Shown here: piece by piece, positions 38,193 through 47,323 of the stretch
How positions within the stretch are numbered: the stretch's first letter is position 1
How the letters are laid out: each line of letters opens with the position of its first letter
Origin: Candidatus Obscuribacteraceae bacterium
GTDB taxonomy: Bacteria > Cyanobacteriota > Vampirovibrionia > Obscuribacterales > Obscuribacteraceae
Assembly: GCA_044226015.1 (NCBI GenBank)
Contig: JBGAHS010000008.1
Coordinates: 352,001 to 416,000, forward strand
Direction of reading: 5' to 3'
DNA length: 64,000 bases
Notes under the pieces: generated by a model
Database searches by the model: none
The model's input: only the letters and a program-made list of their open reading frames with translations
What the model was told of the DNA's origin: nothing
Translations under genes and position numbers: made by a program

Positions 38193-38996
38193 ATGCCTTT
38201 CGACATTCAAAAAATTGATCTACAGAAGCTAAACAGTTTGACGAAATATCCGTCAATTCTGACTTATCACAGCCTGGTTGATCGCGGACTACTCGAAGAA
38301 ACTGTGCAAATTCACTTCGAAGGACGTGTGTTTGGAACAGAAAAAGTTGATGGCACAAACTGTCGCATCGTGTTCTGCCCCGACAAAAGCGTAATTGTAG
38401 GTAGCCGGGAAGACTTCCTCTGGGAGCGTCGTGATCTAATCGGCAACCCCGCCATGGGCATTGTTGACGCGGTTAAGGAAACGGTAAGAACGAAATATGA
38501 AGCACTCTATGACTCTGATGCAATCAAGGTTTACTACCTTGAAGTATTCGGTAAGTCTATTGGTGCAGCAGCGAAGAACTACACCAAATCTGGTGCAGTT
38601 AGCTTTCGTCTTTTTGATGTAAACATCATCAAGAACTACGAAGAGCTGCTTGCTCTGCCAACAGACAAAATCTCACACTGGCGTGAGAACGGTGGTCAGC
38701 CATTCGTGCCTGTTGAGCAACTAAGAACTGAAGCCGAAAAAGCAGGCTTCACTTTGGTGCCCGCACTTTTCGAAATGGATGCATCAGAGCTACCAACTGA
38801 GCTCGAAGCAACGTACAAGTTCTTGCTGACGCAAAGCGCAACGCAATGCAAGTTGGACGACGAAGCAGAAGGAATTCCCGAAGGCTTCGTAGTTCGTTCT
38901 GCAGATCGCAGCCGCATTGCGAAAATTCGTAGAGAAGACTACGAGAGAACAATGAAAAAAGGAAAGATGAAAGCGAAGGTGACAAGCGGAACTTGA
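38193..38996 (+). CDS. ATP-dependent RNA ligase (Rnl2-like nucleotidyltransferase family)
   Basis: TKYPSI, motif I TEKVDGTN, III YLEVFG, IIIa FRLFDV, IV PEGFVVR, V IAKIR; AAGGAG RBS. Confidence 0.88.
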   Translation: MPFDIQKIDLQKLNSLTKYPSILTYHSLVDRGLLEETVQIHFEGRVFGTEKVDGTNCRIVFCPDKSVIVGSREDFLWERRDLIGNPAMGIVDAVKETVRTKYEALYDSDAIKVYYLEVFGKSIGAAAKNYTKSGAVSFRLFDVNIIKNYEELLALPTDKISHWRENGGQPFVPVEQLRTEAEKAGFTLVPALFEMDASELPTELEATYKFLLTQSATQCKLDDEAEGIPEGFVVRSADRSRIAKIRREDYERTMKKGKMKAKVTSGT

Positions 38997-39394
38997 AACC
39001 AATCGCTGGCATATTTCGTCTGACACCAGAGTTATTGCAGTTCCAGTCAAAATGGACTGGAGCTGCATCTTTACTTAATGAGTCGAGGTCGCTGATTCAG
39101 AGGGAATTTACGACTGTACCAGCCGGGCAAACACTCAAGGTCGAAATGCCCTACTCCTGGACGATCAGCAAACGGATATTTCCATTAGAATCAGAATCAA
39201 GTAAGACTATATAAGGTTAAATTGTCCTCGCGTTCCCGAAAACCCGCGAATTAACACTGGTACGGAACTTCAGTCAAATGCAATGGCATTAGCGCTAACT
39301 CGCGTGCGGGCTCAGCTGGGTGTAATCACCGATGCTGACTGCTTAAACGGCGGTTATGCTAAGCTGGGCGAATTAAACAAGCGGGGGCTTACTC

Positions 39395-40315
39395 ATGAAA
39401 TGCCTGGTCATAGCTGCTACGGGATACATCGGAAATGCAGTCGCTGAGCGATTGCTGCAGGAAAATTATTCGGTAACTGGCAGCACACGGTCGTATGATG
39501 CTGCACACAAACTCAAGTTCAAGGGCATCGACCCCATGGTAGCCAGCATTGAAGACCAGGGCAACATCATTCAGGCCCTACCAGAGACTGATGTCATCGT
39601 TTACTGTGCGTACGGCTACAACTCGATGGAAAATGCACAGCACGAAGTTACGACTGGAACCACCCATCTTGATGATATTTTGAAGGCGCTTGCAAATACG
39701 GGTAAGACCTTCATTTTGACGAGCGGAACGGGCGTCATACCTGACAGCAGGGACCTTCTTTATGATGAAGAGACACCTCTGCCACCGACAGATTCACCGG
39801 TAGTCCTGGCTCGTCGCAACTTGGAAAAAAGAATTCAGGACGCCGCGAACGAAGGCATAAGAGGAATAGTTCTGCGCCCACCATGCGTGCACGGACGAAA
39901 CGGCAGCTTCATTGTGCCGCGTTATCTCCTGGATTATGCGATGCGTGCCGGCGAATCAATCTATGTAGAAGGAAGCGAAAACAACAAACGCTCTGCGGTC
40001 CACGTAGATGATTTTGCGGACCTGGTGGTTCTAGCAATTCAAAAAGCACAAGCGGGAGCCCTCTATTGCAGTGCCGCCGAATATGGTGTCACCACGCTTT
40101 CAATCGCAGAGGCTGTAAGTCGCAAAACTGGCATCGGGGGAAAGGCGACACCGGTTTCGCTGGAACGTGCTCGCGAAATTTTCGGTCACTGGGGCGATTG
40201 GTGGAACATGAACAGTCAATGCACAGGCGACCTCGCCCGCAAGGAATTGGGCTGGAACCCAAAGAGGTTGAGTTTACTCGAAGACATCGAGCAAGGATCT
40301 TACGCTTCTGTTTAA
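39395..40315 (+). CDS. NAD-dependent epimerase/dehydratase (atypical SDR)
   Basis: AATGYIG, FILTSGTGV, VLRPPCVHG, VHVDDFADL, ARKELGWNP. Confidence 0.9.
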   Translation: MKCLVIAATGYIGNAVAERLLQENYSVTGSTRSYDAAHKLKFKGIDPMVASIEDQGNIIQALPETDVIVYCAYGYNSMENAQHEVTTGTTHLDDILKALANTGKTFILTSGTGVIPDSRDLLYDEETPLPPTDSPVVLARRNLEKRIQDAANEGIRGIVLRPPCVHGRNGSFIVPRYLLDYAMRAGESIYVEGSENNKRSAVHVDDFADLVVLAIQKAQAGALYCSAAEYGVTTLSIAEAVSRKTGIGGKATPVSLERAREIFGHWGDWWNMNSQCTGDLARKELGWNPKRLSLLEDIEQGSYASV

Positions 40316-40399
40316 GTTCTCAACTCAATCTATATTCACGCGAGATGACCCGTCAGATTCTTATGTATAGGGTCTTCTCCCGAACACTTTCACAAGAAT

Positions 40400-40520
40400 G
40401 CACAGCAGCGCAAGAGTGCACAGAAGCTCAAATGCGCGAAAGCACAGAAGCACAAGAACGCACATAAGCACATAAGCACATAAGCACAAGAACGCAAGAA
40501 TGCACAGAAGCACAAAGCGC
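40400..40520. repeat. Low-complexity GCACA(G/T)AA tandem repeats
   Basis: GCACATAA x3 and multiple GCACAGAAGC/GCACAAGAAC units. Confidence 0.7.
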
Positions 40521-40554
40521 AAAAGGAAGCTGCTTCGTCAAAAGCAGCCTCCTT
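40521..40554 (-). terminator. Intrinsic terminator between convergent genes
   Basis: Minus strand AAGGAGGCTGCTT-ttgacg-AAGCAGCTTCCTT-TT. Confidence 0.6.
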
Positions 40555-40737
40555 GATCTTTGATTAGGGAAACGGTGAGCCGGGCAGCCCCCTTGCCACC
40601 CAGGCAGGTAATTGTCCTCCTTTTCCTATTTGTCAGTTGCTTAGATGGGTCAATAAACTCACTGAGTTCTAATCGCGAATGGTTAACTCAGCACAGCTAA
40701 CCATTTGCCAGCACTATTGAGTGCACAAAAATTTAGC

Positions 40738-41211
40738 TCATGCGTACTGCAGCTCAGAGCTGCCATCAACCACGTTATTAGCCCAGTTCAACAAATCTTG
40801 CCCAAGACTTGCGACATTCTTTCTTGAAAGAATACCTTCGCGTGTTTGAATGGCACGGCAACTGATGTATGGATTCGCATCGTCAACGAGTTTTTCGAGC
40901 AATTCCATCGGAGTGCTAAAGTCTATTGCCAGCCCGAGCCGCACATTCGGATCCTCATCGAAAGCCAGTGCCAGACTTACTGGCAACGGCGTCTCTGGGT
41001 TGGTTGCAACAGCTATACGCACATCAGGGTTGTTGTCTTTAGCAAGCAGTTCTAAAACATGGTGCGGCGAATTAGGATTCTCAGCGACTCGCAATCTAAT
41101 CCGATCATACTTACTCTTCGCAAGCTCTTCCATCTCCTCCACAGCACAGTCCGCGCTGCCAGCTTTTATGTAGTCAGAAAAAATCTCACCACAACTTTTC
41201 ACATCAATCAT
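40738..41211 (-). CDS. Leucine-rich-repeat-variant (LRV/HEAT-like) protein
   Basis: 24-aa repeats IRLRVAENPNSP..LAKD / VRIAVATNPETP..LAFD / VRLGLAIDFSTP; GGAGG RBS. Confidence 0.85.
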   Translation of the reverse strand: MIDVKSCGEIFSDYIKAGSADCAVEEMEELAKSKYDRIRLRVAENPNSPHHVLELLAKDNNPDVRIAVATNPETPLPVSLALAFDEDPNVRLGLAIDFSTPMELLEKLVDDANPYISCRAIQTREGILSRKNVASLGQDLLNWANNVVDGSSELQYA

Positions 41212-41910
41212 AGGCGGAACCTCCTTCAGTCTATTCAGCTAGGTTCGGCAAAATTGCCGCGTTAAGAAAAATAGCCATCTAGAGATTCGGTCTGAGAAAC
41301 CGAGGATCTCTTTGGCACAACTTTCAGCAGGGCAGCCCCAAAGGCTTGAGGCTGCCACTTCTCTGCTGTTACCAACCTGGTGGGTCGGTATTATCATGCG
41401 TTGGAACTATTCAAATTTATCTTTCGCCAAACTACTCAAACCCTCCATAGAAAAGGAATTTGTAATCAAAACGAAGGATATTGAACCTTCCAATCTCATT
41501 ATTTACCAAAAATTTTCCCGCTGTCAACAACCGTTAATAATTTCTTCACGATCCCCTCTGCCCTTACCAAAAGAGCATCCCGGGACCGCTTCTAAGCACG
41601 AAGCCCGAAACCTAGAAATTTCGAAGCTCTCCTAAAAGTTTAAAAAATCCTGCAAAGCTAAAAGAGAGAATTGAGACCTAGGTACCATATGTGGTGTGAG
41701 CATTCATTCAAGTCAAACAATAAGAATGATTCCTCATAGATTCAGATCCAAATCGGAAAGTCAATTCATAAAACAAGCGCCTGAGCTGTTCCTATGACTA
41801 AAAGACAAAGCGATACTCACAAAGGTTACAAGAAGACAAACACCGCATTTAGTACCAGTGTCATCAACAGCCAGACGCAATAAACTGTTTTTGAGTAGGA
41901 GGATACTAAT

Positions 41911-42438
41911 ATGGTTTTCAATGGAAATCTATTAAACTGGAATTGGGGAAAGAAGAACTTACCAATTAGAAGAGAAGATAGCTCGCCAGTGGAAAGCTCT
42001 GCCTTCTTCCCGCTTCAAAGAGACGTCAATCGCGTTTTCGATGATTTCTTCCGAACTTTTGAGACCGGTTTACTTAGCCCGTTTGGCGAAATCTCAGAAA
42101 GTATGTTTCATCCCAGACTGGAGGTGAAAGAAAACCCCGACGATCTACGCATTTCAGTTGAGCTGCCGGGAATCGACGAAAAAGACATCGACCTCTCAAT
42201 CACGAACGATGCTCTCACCATTTCCGGCGAAAAGCGAGAAGAAAAAGAAGAAAACACACAGGGGTACTATCGCATGGAAAGAACATATGGTTCTTTTCAC
42301 CGCCGAGTTCCCATTCCTTGCCAAATCGATAAAGACAAGGTTGAAGCGACCTTCAAAAAAGGTGTCTTGAATATTGTTCTGCCTAAAACCGATGAGGCAA
42401 AACAACAAATAAAGAAAATTAGCATCAAGAAAGACTAA
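41911..42438 (+). CDS. Hsp20/alpha-crystallin small heat-shock protein
   Basis: PRLEVKE..VELPGIDEKDIDL..LTISGEK..ERTYGSFHR..ATFKKGVLNIVLPK..KKISI; AGGAGG RBS. Confidence 0.95.
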   Translation: MVFNGNLLNWNWGKKNLPIRREDSSPVESSAFFPLQRDVNRVFDDFFRTFETGLLSPFGEISESMFHPRLEVKENPDDLRISVELPGIDEKDIDLSITNDALTISGEKREEKEENTQGYYRMERTYGSFHRRVPIPCQIDKDKVEATFKKGVLNIVLPKTDEAKQQIKKISIKKD

Positions 42439-42498
42439 CTGTCTATAGCGCCATTGGCGCATTCCCCAGCATTCGTCGCTAGAGAAAAGGAGGCAATT

Positions 42499-43329
42499 AT
42501 GAAACTAGCTTGGAATGAAAACTGGTCGACCAACATAAGGAAAAGTAAGTTTGCTTTTCTAGCATTGTCCCTCGGTCTCGCTTTGGGATACGCAGGTGGA
42601 CAGATGATTAACAGCCACGCCGAAACTGAAAGCAAAACGAAAATACAAAACTCAGCAACAACCGATTTAGTGACAAATGATTCCGCCAGCAGGGACTTGT
42701 CGACCAAGCTGTCATCGACAAAATCTGCAGAGAAAGTGCGAGTGCACTCCGGGACGGTTAGCGCAAATGGAGACCCCGCCACAAGCCTAAGCCAAGCAGA
42801 CCGACTGGCAGAAATGAATGCGGCAATGAAAAGAATGAGAGCATCTCTGTTCAGTATGAATCCGCACTCTAGTCTCTTCTGCCCATGGTGGATGCCCTAT
42901 GAAACAGATGCTGTTTTCCGGAATCTCGACCTCATGTCCGACATAGATAGTGACTGGGGTATGCCATTGCATATGAATACATATATGCCGAAGTTGAACA
43001 CTACACTTCACGGTGACGAAGTAAAACTGACGGCTGAAGTCCCAGGCGTAGAGACAAATAACCTGGACGTTACAGTGAATGATGATTCGATCACGATCAA
43101 GGGAGAAAAGAAAGAAGAAATAACTGAAGCAAAAGTAGGCAAAAATGATAAGGCACCAAAAGTGGTGGAACGGTCTTTCGGATCATTCGAACGAACAGTT
43201 TCGCTGCCTTGCAAAGTCCAAAGTGACAAGGCACAAGCGACCTTGAAAAACGGTGTGTTAACAGTTGTTGTGCCGAAGAGTGCAGACAATGACACCCAGG
43301 GCAGAAAGCTATCGATTCGAACTGAGTGA
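42499..43329 (+). CDS. Hsp20 family protein with N-terminal signal/transmembrane segment
   Basis: RKSKFAFLALSLGLALGYAGG, S/T-rich linker, then alpha-crystallin domain (AEVPGV, ERSFGSFER, KNGVLTVVVPK, LSI); AGGAGG RBS. Confidence 0.9.
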   Translation: MKLAWNENWSTNIRKSKFAFLALSLGLALGYAGGQMINSHAETESKTKIQNSATTDLVTNDSASRDLSTKLSSTKSAEKVRVHSGTVSANGDPATSLSQADRLAEMNAAMKRMRASLFSMNPHSSLFCPWWMPYETDAVFRNLDLMSDIDSDWGMPLHMNTYMPKLNTTLHGDEVKLTAEVPGVETNNLDVTVNDDSITIKGEKKEEITEAKVGKNDKAPKVVERSFGSFERTVSLPCKVQSDKAQATLKNGVLTVVVPKSADNDTQGRKLSIRTE

Positions 43330-43490
43330 CGCGCAATCGCACTTAGTGACGATTGGACTGAATGAGTGCACAGGTTCGAACTGAGCAAAAAGCAATCGCG
43401 CTAAGTGACGCGCAAATTGCGGACAGACAGGAGTTCGCTCTGAGTGACGAACATTCCAAACGAGCAATGCGCAATCACACTGAGTGGCAG
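43315..43490 (+). repeat. Degenerate ~20-bp tandem array seeded at the hsp20 stop codon
   Basis: ATTCGAACTGAGTGACGCGC (contains the stop), AATCGCACTTAGTGACG, TTCGAACTGAGC, AATCGCGCTAAGTGACGCGC, TTCGCTCTGAGTGACG, AATCACACTGAGTGG. Confidence 0.7.
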
Positions 43491-43580
43491 ACGACGGCAC
43501 AAGCGAATTGTTCGATTAGCCCAAGGACCTCAAGCCTTTCTTGAAGCCTTTCTTGAATCCTGTTCCTGATCCGAGCCACA

Positions 43581-43619
43581 GAAGATGCAGACCGCCTGAG
43601 GTCTGCATCTTTCTTCTTG
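43581..43619 (+). terminator. Intrinsic terminator after the hsp20 operon
   Basis: AAGATGCAGACC-gcctga-GGTCTGCATCTT followed by TCTTCTT. Confidence 0.75.
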
Positions 43620-43629
43620 TGCTCTTACA

Positions 43630-43800
43630 AATGTAGATGGACGCTTAATCTCATCAATGTAGATGGACGCTGAATCTCACCCATAGTGATGTATCGCCTA
43701 AAATTCTGACTAGATCAGACAATACAGATCAGGCAATTTAGATCAGGCAATTTAGATCAGGCAATGTAGATTAGTCCATGTAGATTAGGCAATGTAGATA
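43630..43800. repeat. 26-bp duplication plus 14-bp tandem array
   Basis: AATGTAGATGGACGCT(T/G)AATCTCA x2; AGATCAGGCAATTT-like unit about 6 times. Confidence 0.8.
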
Positions 43801-43857
43801 GAGTGTTTGGAGCAGCACAGAGTTTTTACCTTTGCGCCACAGCATGGAGCGGATATC

Positions 43858-44445
43858 TTACTTGCTCAACATCTTGGATATTTTGGCAAGACGGTCGTCA
43901 ATTTTTGCAAGCCTGCTGGGGTCATTGCTCAATGTCTTTGCTTTCACGAACCAGGTTTTTGCCTCAACAGGATTTTTGTTTTGCAACAAAACATCGCCAA
44001 TGTTGAAACATGTCGTGAACGAATTCGGATCTATTGAATACGCCTTCCGGTAGCACTTATCAGCTTCCTTCAAATCACCCTTTGACTCGTAGCACTCGCC
44101 CTTCGTTGTCCACGCAGTTGCGTATCCAGGCTCCATTTCGATCGCCTTATTCAACAACGAAATTGCTTCATCGAATTTTTTCAGCCCGAAGTAATCACAA
44201 GCTAGATTGTAGTGGCGCATCGGATCATAGGGATACAAACTAGTCGCCTTCTTATCAAGCTCAAGTGCCTCCTGAAACTTTCCCGCCTTGGAAAGATGAT
44301 TAGCCTCATTTCCCAATTCTATTGCTCGATTGTAGTCTTGCGTCGTGCCCTTGCCTTCGATGTAATGTCCGACATTTTCTGCCAGAGAAGCTGGCTGAAG
44401 CAAAATTCCAATAGCAAGCAAAACAACAGCGGAAAGTACCTTCAT
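43858..44445 (-). CDS. Secreted TPR-repeat protein
   Basis: Signal peptide MKVLSAVVLLAIGILLQPASLA; TPR units HYNLACDY..FDEAISLLNKAIEMEPGYATAW..KG. Confidence 0.9.
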   Translation of the reverse strand: MKVLSAVVLLAIGILLQPASLAENVGHYIEGKGTTQDYNRAIELGNEANHLSKAGKFQEALELDKKATSLYPYDPMRHYNLACDYFGLKKFDEAISLLNKAIEMEPGYATAWTTKGECYESKGDLKEADKCYRKAYSIDPNSFTTCFNIGDVLLQNKNPVEAKTWFVKAKTLSNDPSRLAKIDDRLAKISKMLSK

Positions 44446-44543
44446 TTTGCATTCCTTTTTAACAAGAGAACGCCATTATACTGAATAGCGCAGCAAGCAC
44501 ACTATATTCGCACGTGGATGCCACCGCCCCAAGTCTCTGATAT

Positions 44544-44887
44544 GTTCTCTGGTTTTCCTGCTCGCCAAGTGCTCGCGTAGATTTTCCCGAAAACTCCACC
44601 GGTACCGATTCAGTTCTGTGGTTTTCCTGCTCGCCAAGTGCTCGCGTAGATTTTCCTCAAAACTCCACTGGTACCGATTCAGCTCTGTGGTTTTTCTGCT
44701 CGCCAAGTGCTCGCGTAGATTTTCCCGAAAACTCCACCGGTACCGATTCAGTTCTCTGGTTTTTCTGCTCGCCAAGTGCTCGCGTAGATTTTCCCAAAAA
44801 CTCCACCGGTACCGATTCAGTTCTATGGTTTTTCTGCTCGCCAAGTGCACACATAGATTTTCCCAAAACTCCACCGGTACCGATTGA
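44544..44887. repeat. 69-bp perfect-period tandem repeat, 5 copies
   Basis: Units start at 44544, 44613, 44682, 44751, 44820: GTTCTCTGGTTTTCCTGCTCGCCAAGTGCTCGCGTAGATTTTCCCGAAAACTCCACCGGTACCGATTCA; no unique spacers. Confidence 0.95.
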
Positions 44888-45032
44888 GCTTACTAGCGCC
44901 ACAGGAGATACGAGCACGCCCCTTGGTACACAAGCATTTTCGAGCGAGGACATTTTAGAGACAAACGCGGGACAAAACAGGGATGTCTGCGAACTATTCT
45001 AATCTCATCAAACCAATCGGAGGTCCCAAACC

Positions 45033-45860
45033 ATGTTTCTAGACGATATTGCAGACACAGTAAAAGACGCAGCTTCAACCGTTGGCAAAGTTGGACTCGA
45101 AGTTGCAGGTCTCGCGCTCAGCCCGATGCAAAGCATCACCATGAAAGGTCTAGGCGCTGCAATGTCGACAGTAACTGAAGTTTTCGGCAATGTTGATTTG
45201 TTCGATTCAGTCAGCCAGGGCAACCTCCCGACAGAATTCCTCGACGGCGCTGCTTCCCTGAGCGGCAAGGTACTGGGCGATAATGGCGCTGCAGGCGGTT
45301 TCGCTGCAGACATCGCAAAGGTGTTCACCGGTGGAGATGTGAAGGCAGGCGCCGCACTTACCGACGGAATTCTCGGTGATGGCGGGCAGAGCGCTAAGTT
45401 CGCTGGCGGCGTCGCAAATATGTTCAACGGAAACTTTGCTGACACCGCAGCATCGCTCAGCGGAGAAGTTCTTGGAGACAACGGTGAAGCTGCTGGATCA
45501 GTTGCAGGCATCGCCAATATGTTCACGGGCGACGGCTTGAACACAGCATCTGCACTCGGTGGCAAGCTAATGGGACAAGACAACGAGACCTTCCAAATTC
45601 TCACAGGCGTAGCAAACATATTCTCTGGCAAAGACTCCCCAATCGCGCTCGGCGCCAAGATGGGCGACGCAGAGTTCGGAAATGATGTAGAAAAATTCCT
45701 CGGAAACGAATCAATAAATAAGCGCATCAACCCAGACAACGCCTCAGAAGTTCCACCAGAAGACGAAGACACAAAGAACGTTGGCAAAGTACCAAACTTC
45801 AACAGAATGGCTAACATGGGCAACGCCAAAGTTAACCGCGCAATGAGCCGCTTCATGTAA
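45033..45860 (+). CDS. Gly/Ala-rich hypothetical protein with four ~33-aa internal repeats
   Basis: GGAGG RBS; AASLSGKVLGDNG..IAKVFTGG / AALTDGILGDGG..VANMFNGN / AASLSGEVLGDNG..IANMFTGD / ASALGGKLMGQD..VANIFSGK. Confidence 0.8.
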   Translation: MFLDDIADTVKDAASTVGKVGLEVAGLALSPMQSITMKGLGAAMSTVTEVFGNVDLFDSVSQGNLPTEFLDGAASLSGKVLGDNGAAGGFAADIAKVFTGGDVKAGAALTDGILGDGGQSAKFAGGVANMFNGNFADTAASLSGEVLGDNGEAAGSVAGIANMFTGDGLNTASALGGKLMGQDNETFQILTGVANIFSGKDSPIALGAKMGDAEFGNDVEKFLGNESINKRINPDNASEVPPEDEDTKNVGKVPNFNRMANMGNAKVNRAMSRFM

Positions 45861-45963
45861 TTCGCACTCAAGTTCGAAACTCCGTTTCCTTGCCACGAGT
45901 TCTTAACCGCTTTGAAATAGATTCTCTTCACTGGGTCACGAACGAACGTTGGAGGGAAGGGCA

Positions 45964-46191
45964 ATGGAAAATCAAGATAACAATCAGGTTGAATCGAACG
46001 AATCAAAAACAATGAACGCAGCTGACACAAACTCATTTTTGCAAGCGGCATTATTCGAATGCTGGCCAGGTGGACCGATCGTCAGCTCAAGAGCGGATTG
46101 CAGAGGACTTGAAAGGGACTCATGGAGGAACTCCGCGCTTCCCGAACTTCAAATAACCGATAGCAACGCCGGACGCAACAGACATTCTTAG
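45964..46191 (+). CDS. 75-aa microprotein (ECWPGGPIVS family, copy 1)
   Basis: Purine-rich RBS; MENQD..ALFECWPGGPIVSSRADC..RDSW..LPELQITD; paralog at 46649. Confidence 0.75.
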   Translation: MENQDNNQVESNESKTMNAADTNSFLQAALFECWPGGPIVSSRADCRGLERDSWRNSALPELQITDSNAGRNRHS

Positions 46192-46648
46192 TAGCTTACG
46201 CAACCCCAATTTTAGTAGACTATAAAACACTTAATAGACAAGGCGCGGCGAGAGCTGCGCCTGTCACCGTTGAAGATTCAAAAGAGAGTTTATACTTGGA
46301 AGCTCACTTCGGTTAGTACCGTACTGGACCGAACGCTTGTTTGTTCGATGCACGCAGTACAGCCGACTCCTTCCAAAGGACGAAGGCATTCACATAATTG
46401 CACATTCAATGTGTGCAATTCGTGCAGTAAGCACGTGACGAGTCTACCTAAAAAGCCTCATCAATCTAATTTATACTCTTCCAATCTATCGGAGCATTTT
46501 GAATCGGTATTGACCAAACTTGGCAGTTTGAATTCATGAGTCAATATTGTTTTCATCATGCACGAGTTCGCTCATTTTAAGGCGACTCAATTCGAAGATT
46601 GCTAACGGCTTGCATGTTCAAAGCCGAAGATGGTTGGGAGATTATGCT

Positions 46649-46870
46649 ATGGAAAATCCGAATACTCGCGAAACAGCGAAGGAAACTTCGGCGGCGAATT
46701 CAGCGGAATCGATGAAAGTTGCGCTCGCAGAATGCTGGCCGGGAGGACCTATTGTTAGCAACCCAGCTGACTGCAAAGATATGGATCGCGATGGATGGCG
46801 TGTCCACAAGAACGTTTTGCCTGACCTTAAACTCTCGGATCTCGAAGATCTGAACAAAAAAGGAACCTGA
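46649..46870 (+). CDS. 73-aa microprotein (ECWPGGPIVS family, copy 2)
   Basis: GGGAG RBS; MENPN..ALAECWPGGPIVSNPADC..RDGW..LPDLKLSD. Confidence 0.75.
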   Translation: MENPNTRETAKETSAANSAESMKVALAECWPGGPIVSNPADCKDMDRDGWRVHKNVLPDLKLSDLEDLNKKGT

Positions 46871-46976
46871 ACCGAAGCACCTTATCCTAGTCAGCTCATC
46901 CTGATCCAAAGCTAGCAAACCAATTGTTTTGCTACCCTGCGTTCTGGACTGGAAATAGCTCTTCGATTGAAATACT

Positions 46977-47003
46977 AAACGCGGCCTTAGAGCTGCGTTT
47001 TTT
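46977..47003 (+). terminator. Intrinsic terminator
   Basis: AAACGCGGC-cttaga-GCTGCGTTT-TTT. Confidence 0.65.
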
Positions 47004-47323
47004 GCTTTAAACACCAGGGGATGCTCGTGACGCAGGTCCGCAGGGGTCCCGTTTACAAAGATCTCGATGGAGCAGGCACTCGTGACGCAAGTAAAAATGA
47101 AAGTGCACCCGCGGACCGTGCATTATCCTACAGTCCAATCGAGCGATTAGCCCCGCAAGAAGAATAGCGATTGCTACATGGCTTGCGGCTGGAACAAAAT
47201 CTATTCTAGTTCTGTTAACGAATCGATTTAATCAAACGACCCAATTTTGTCACAAACGCGTCAACTTGCAGCCCCAAACTCAGACTTTAATAAGGACATC
47301 AGCAACGCACGAGGTTCACGCAA

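Noticed and set aside
41640..41910. CIRCE element upstream of hsp20
   Set aside because: No TTAGCACTC-N9-GAGTGCTAA match found
44544..44887. CRISPR array
   Set aside because: Units are contiguous near-identical copies without unique spacers; no cas genes in the window
44476..44953. Repeat-encoded ORFs (132, 89 and 98 aa) as real genes
   Set aside because: Open frames follow trivially from the 69-bp period; no clear RBS and a 1-nt deletion in unit 5
45008..46051. 347-aa minus-strand ORF
   Set aside because: Pro/Ser-rich antisense shadow of the Gly/Ala-rich plus-strand gene, which has a clear RBS
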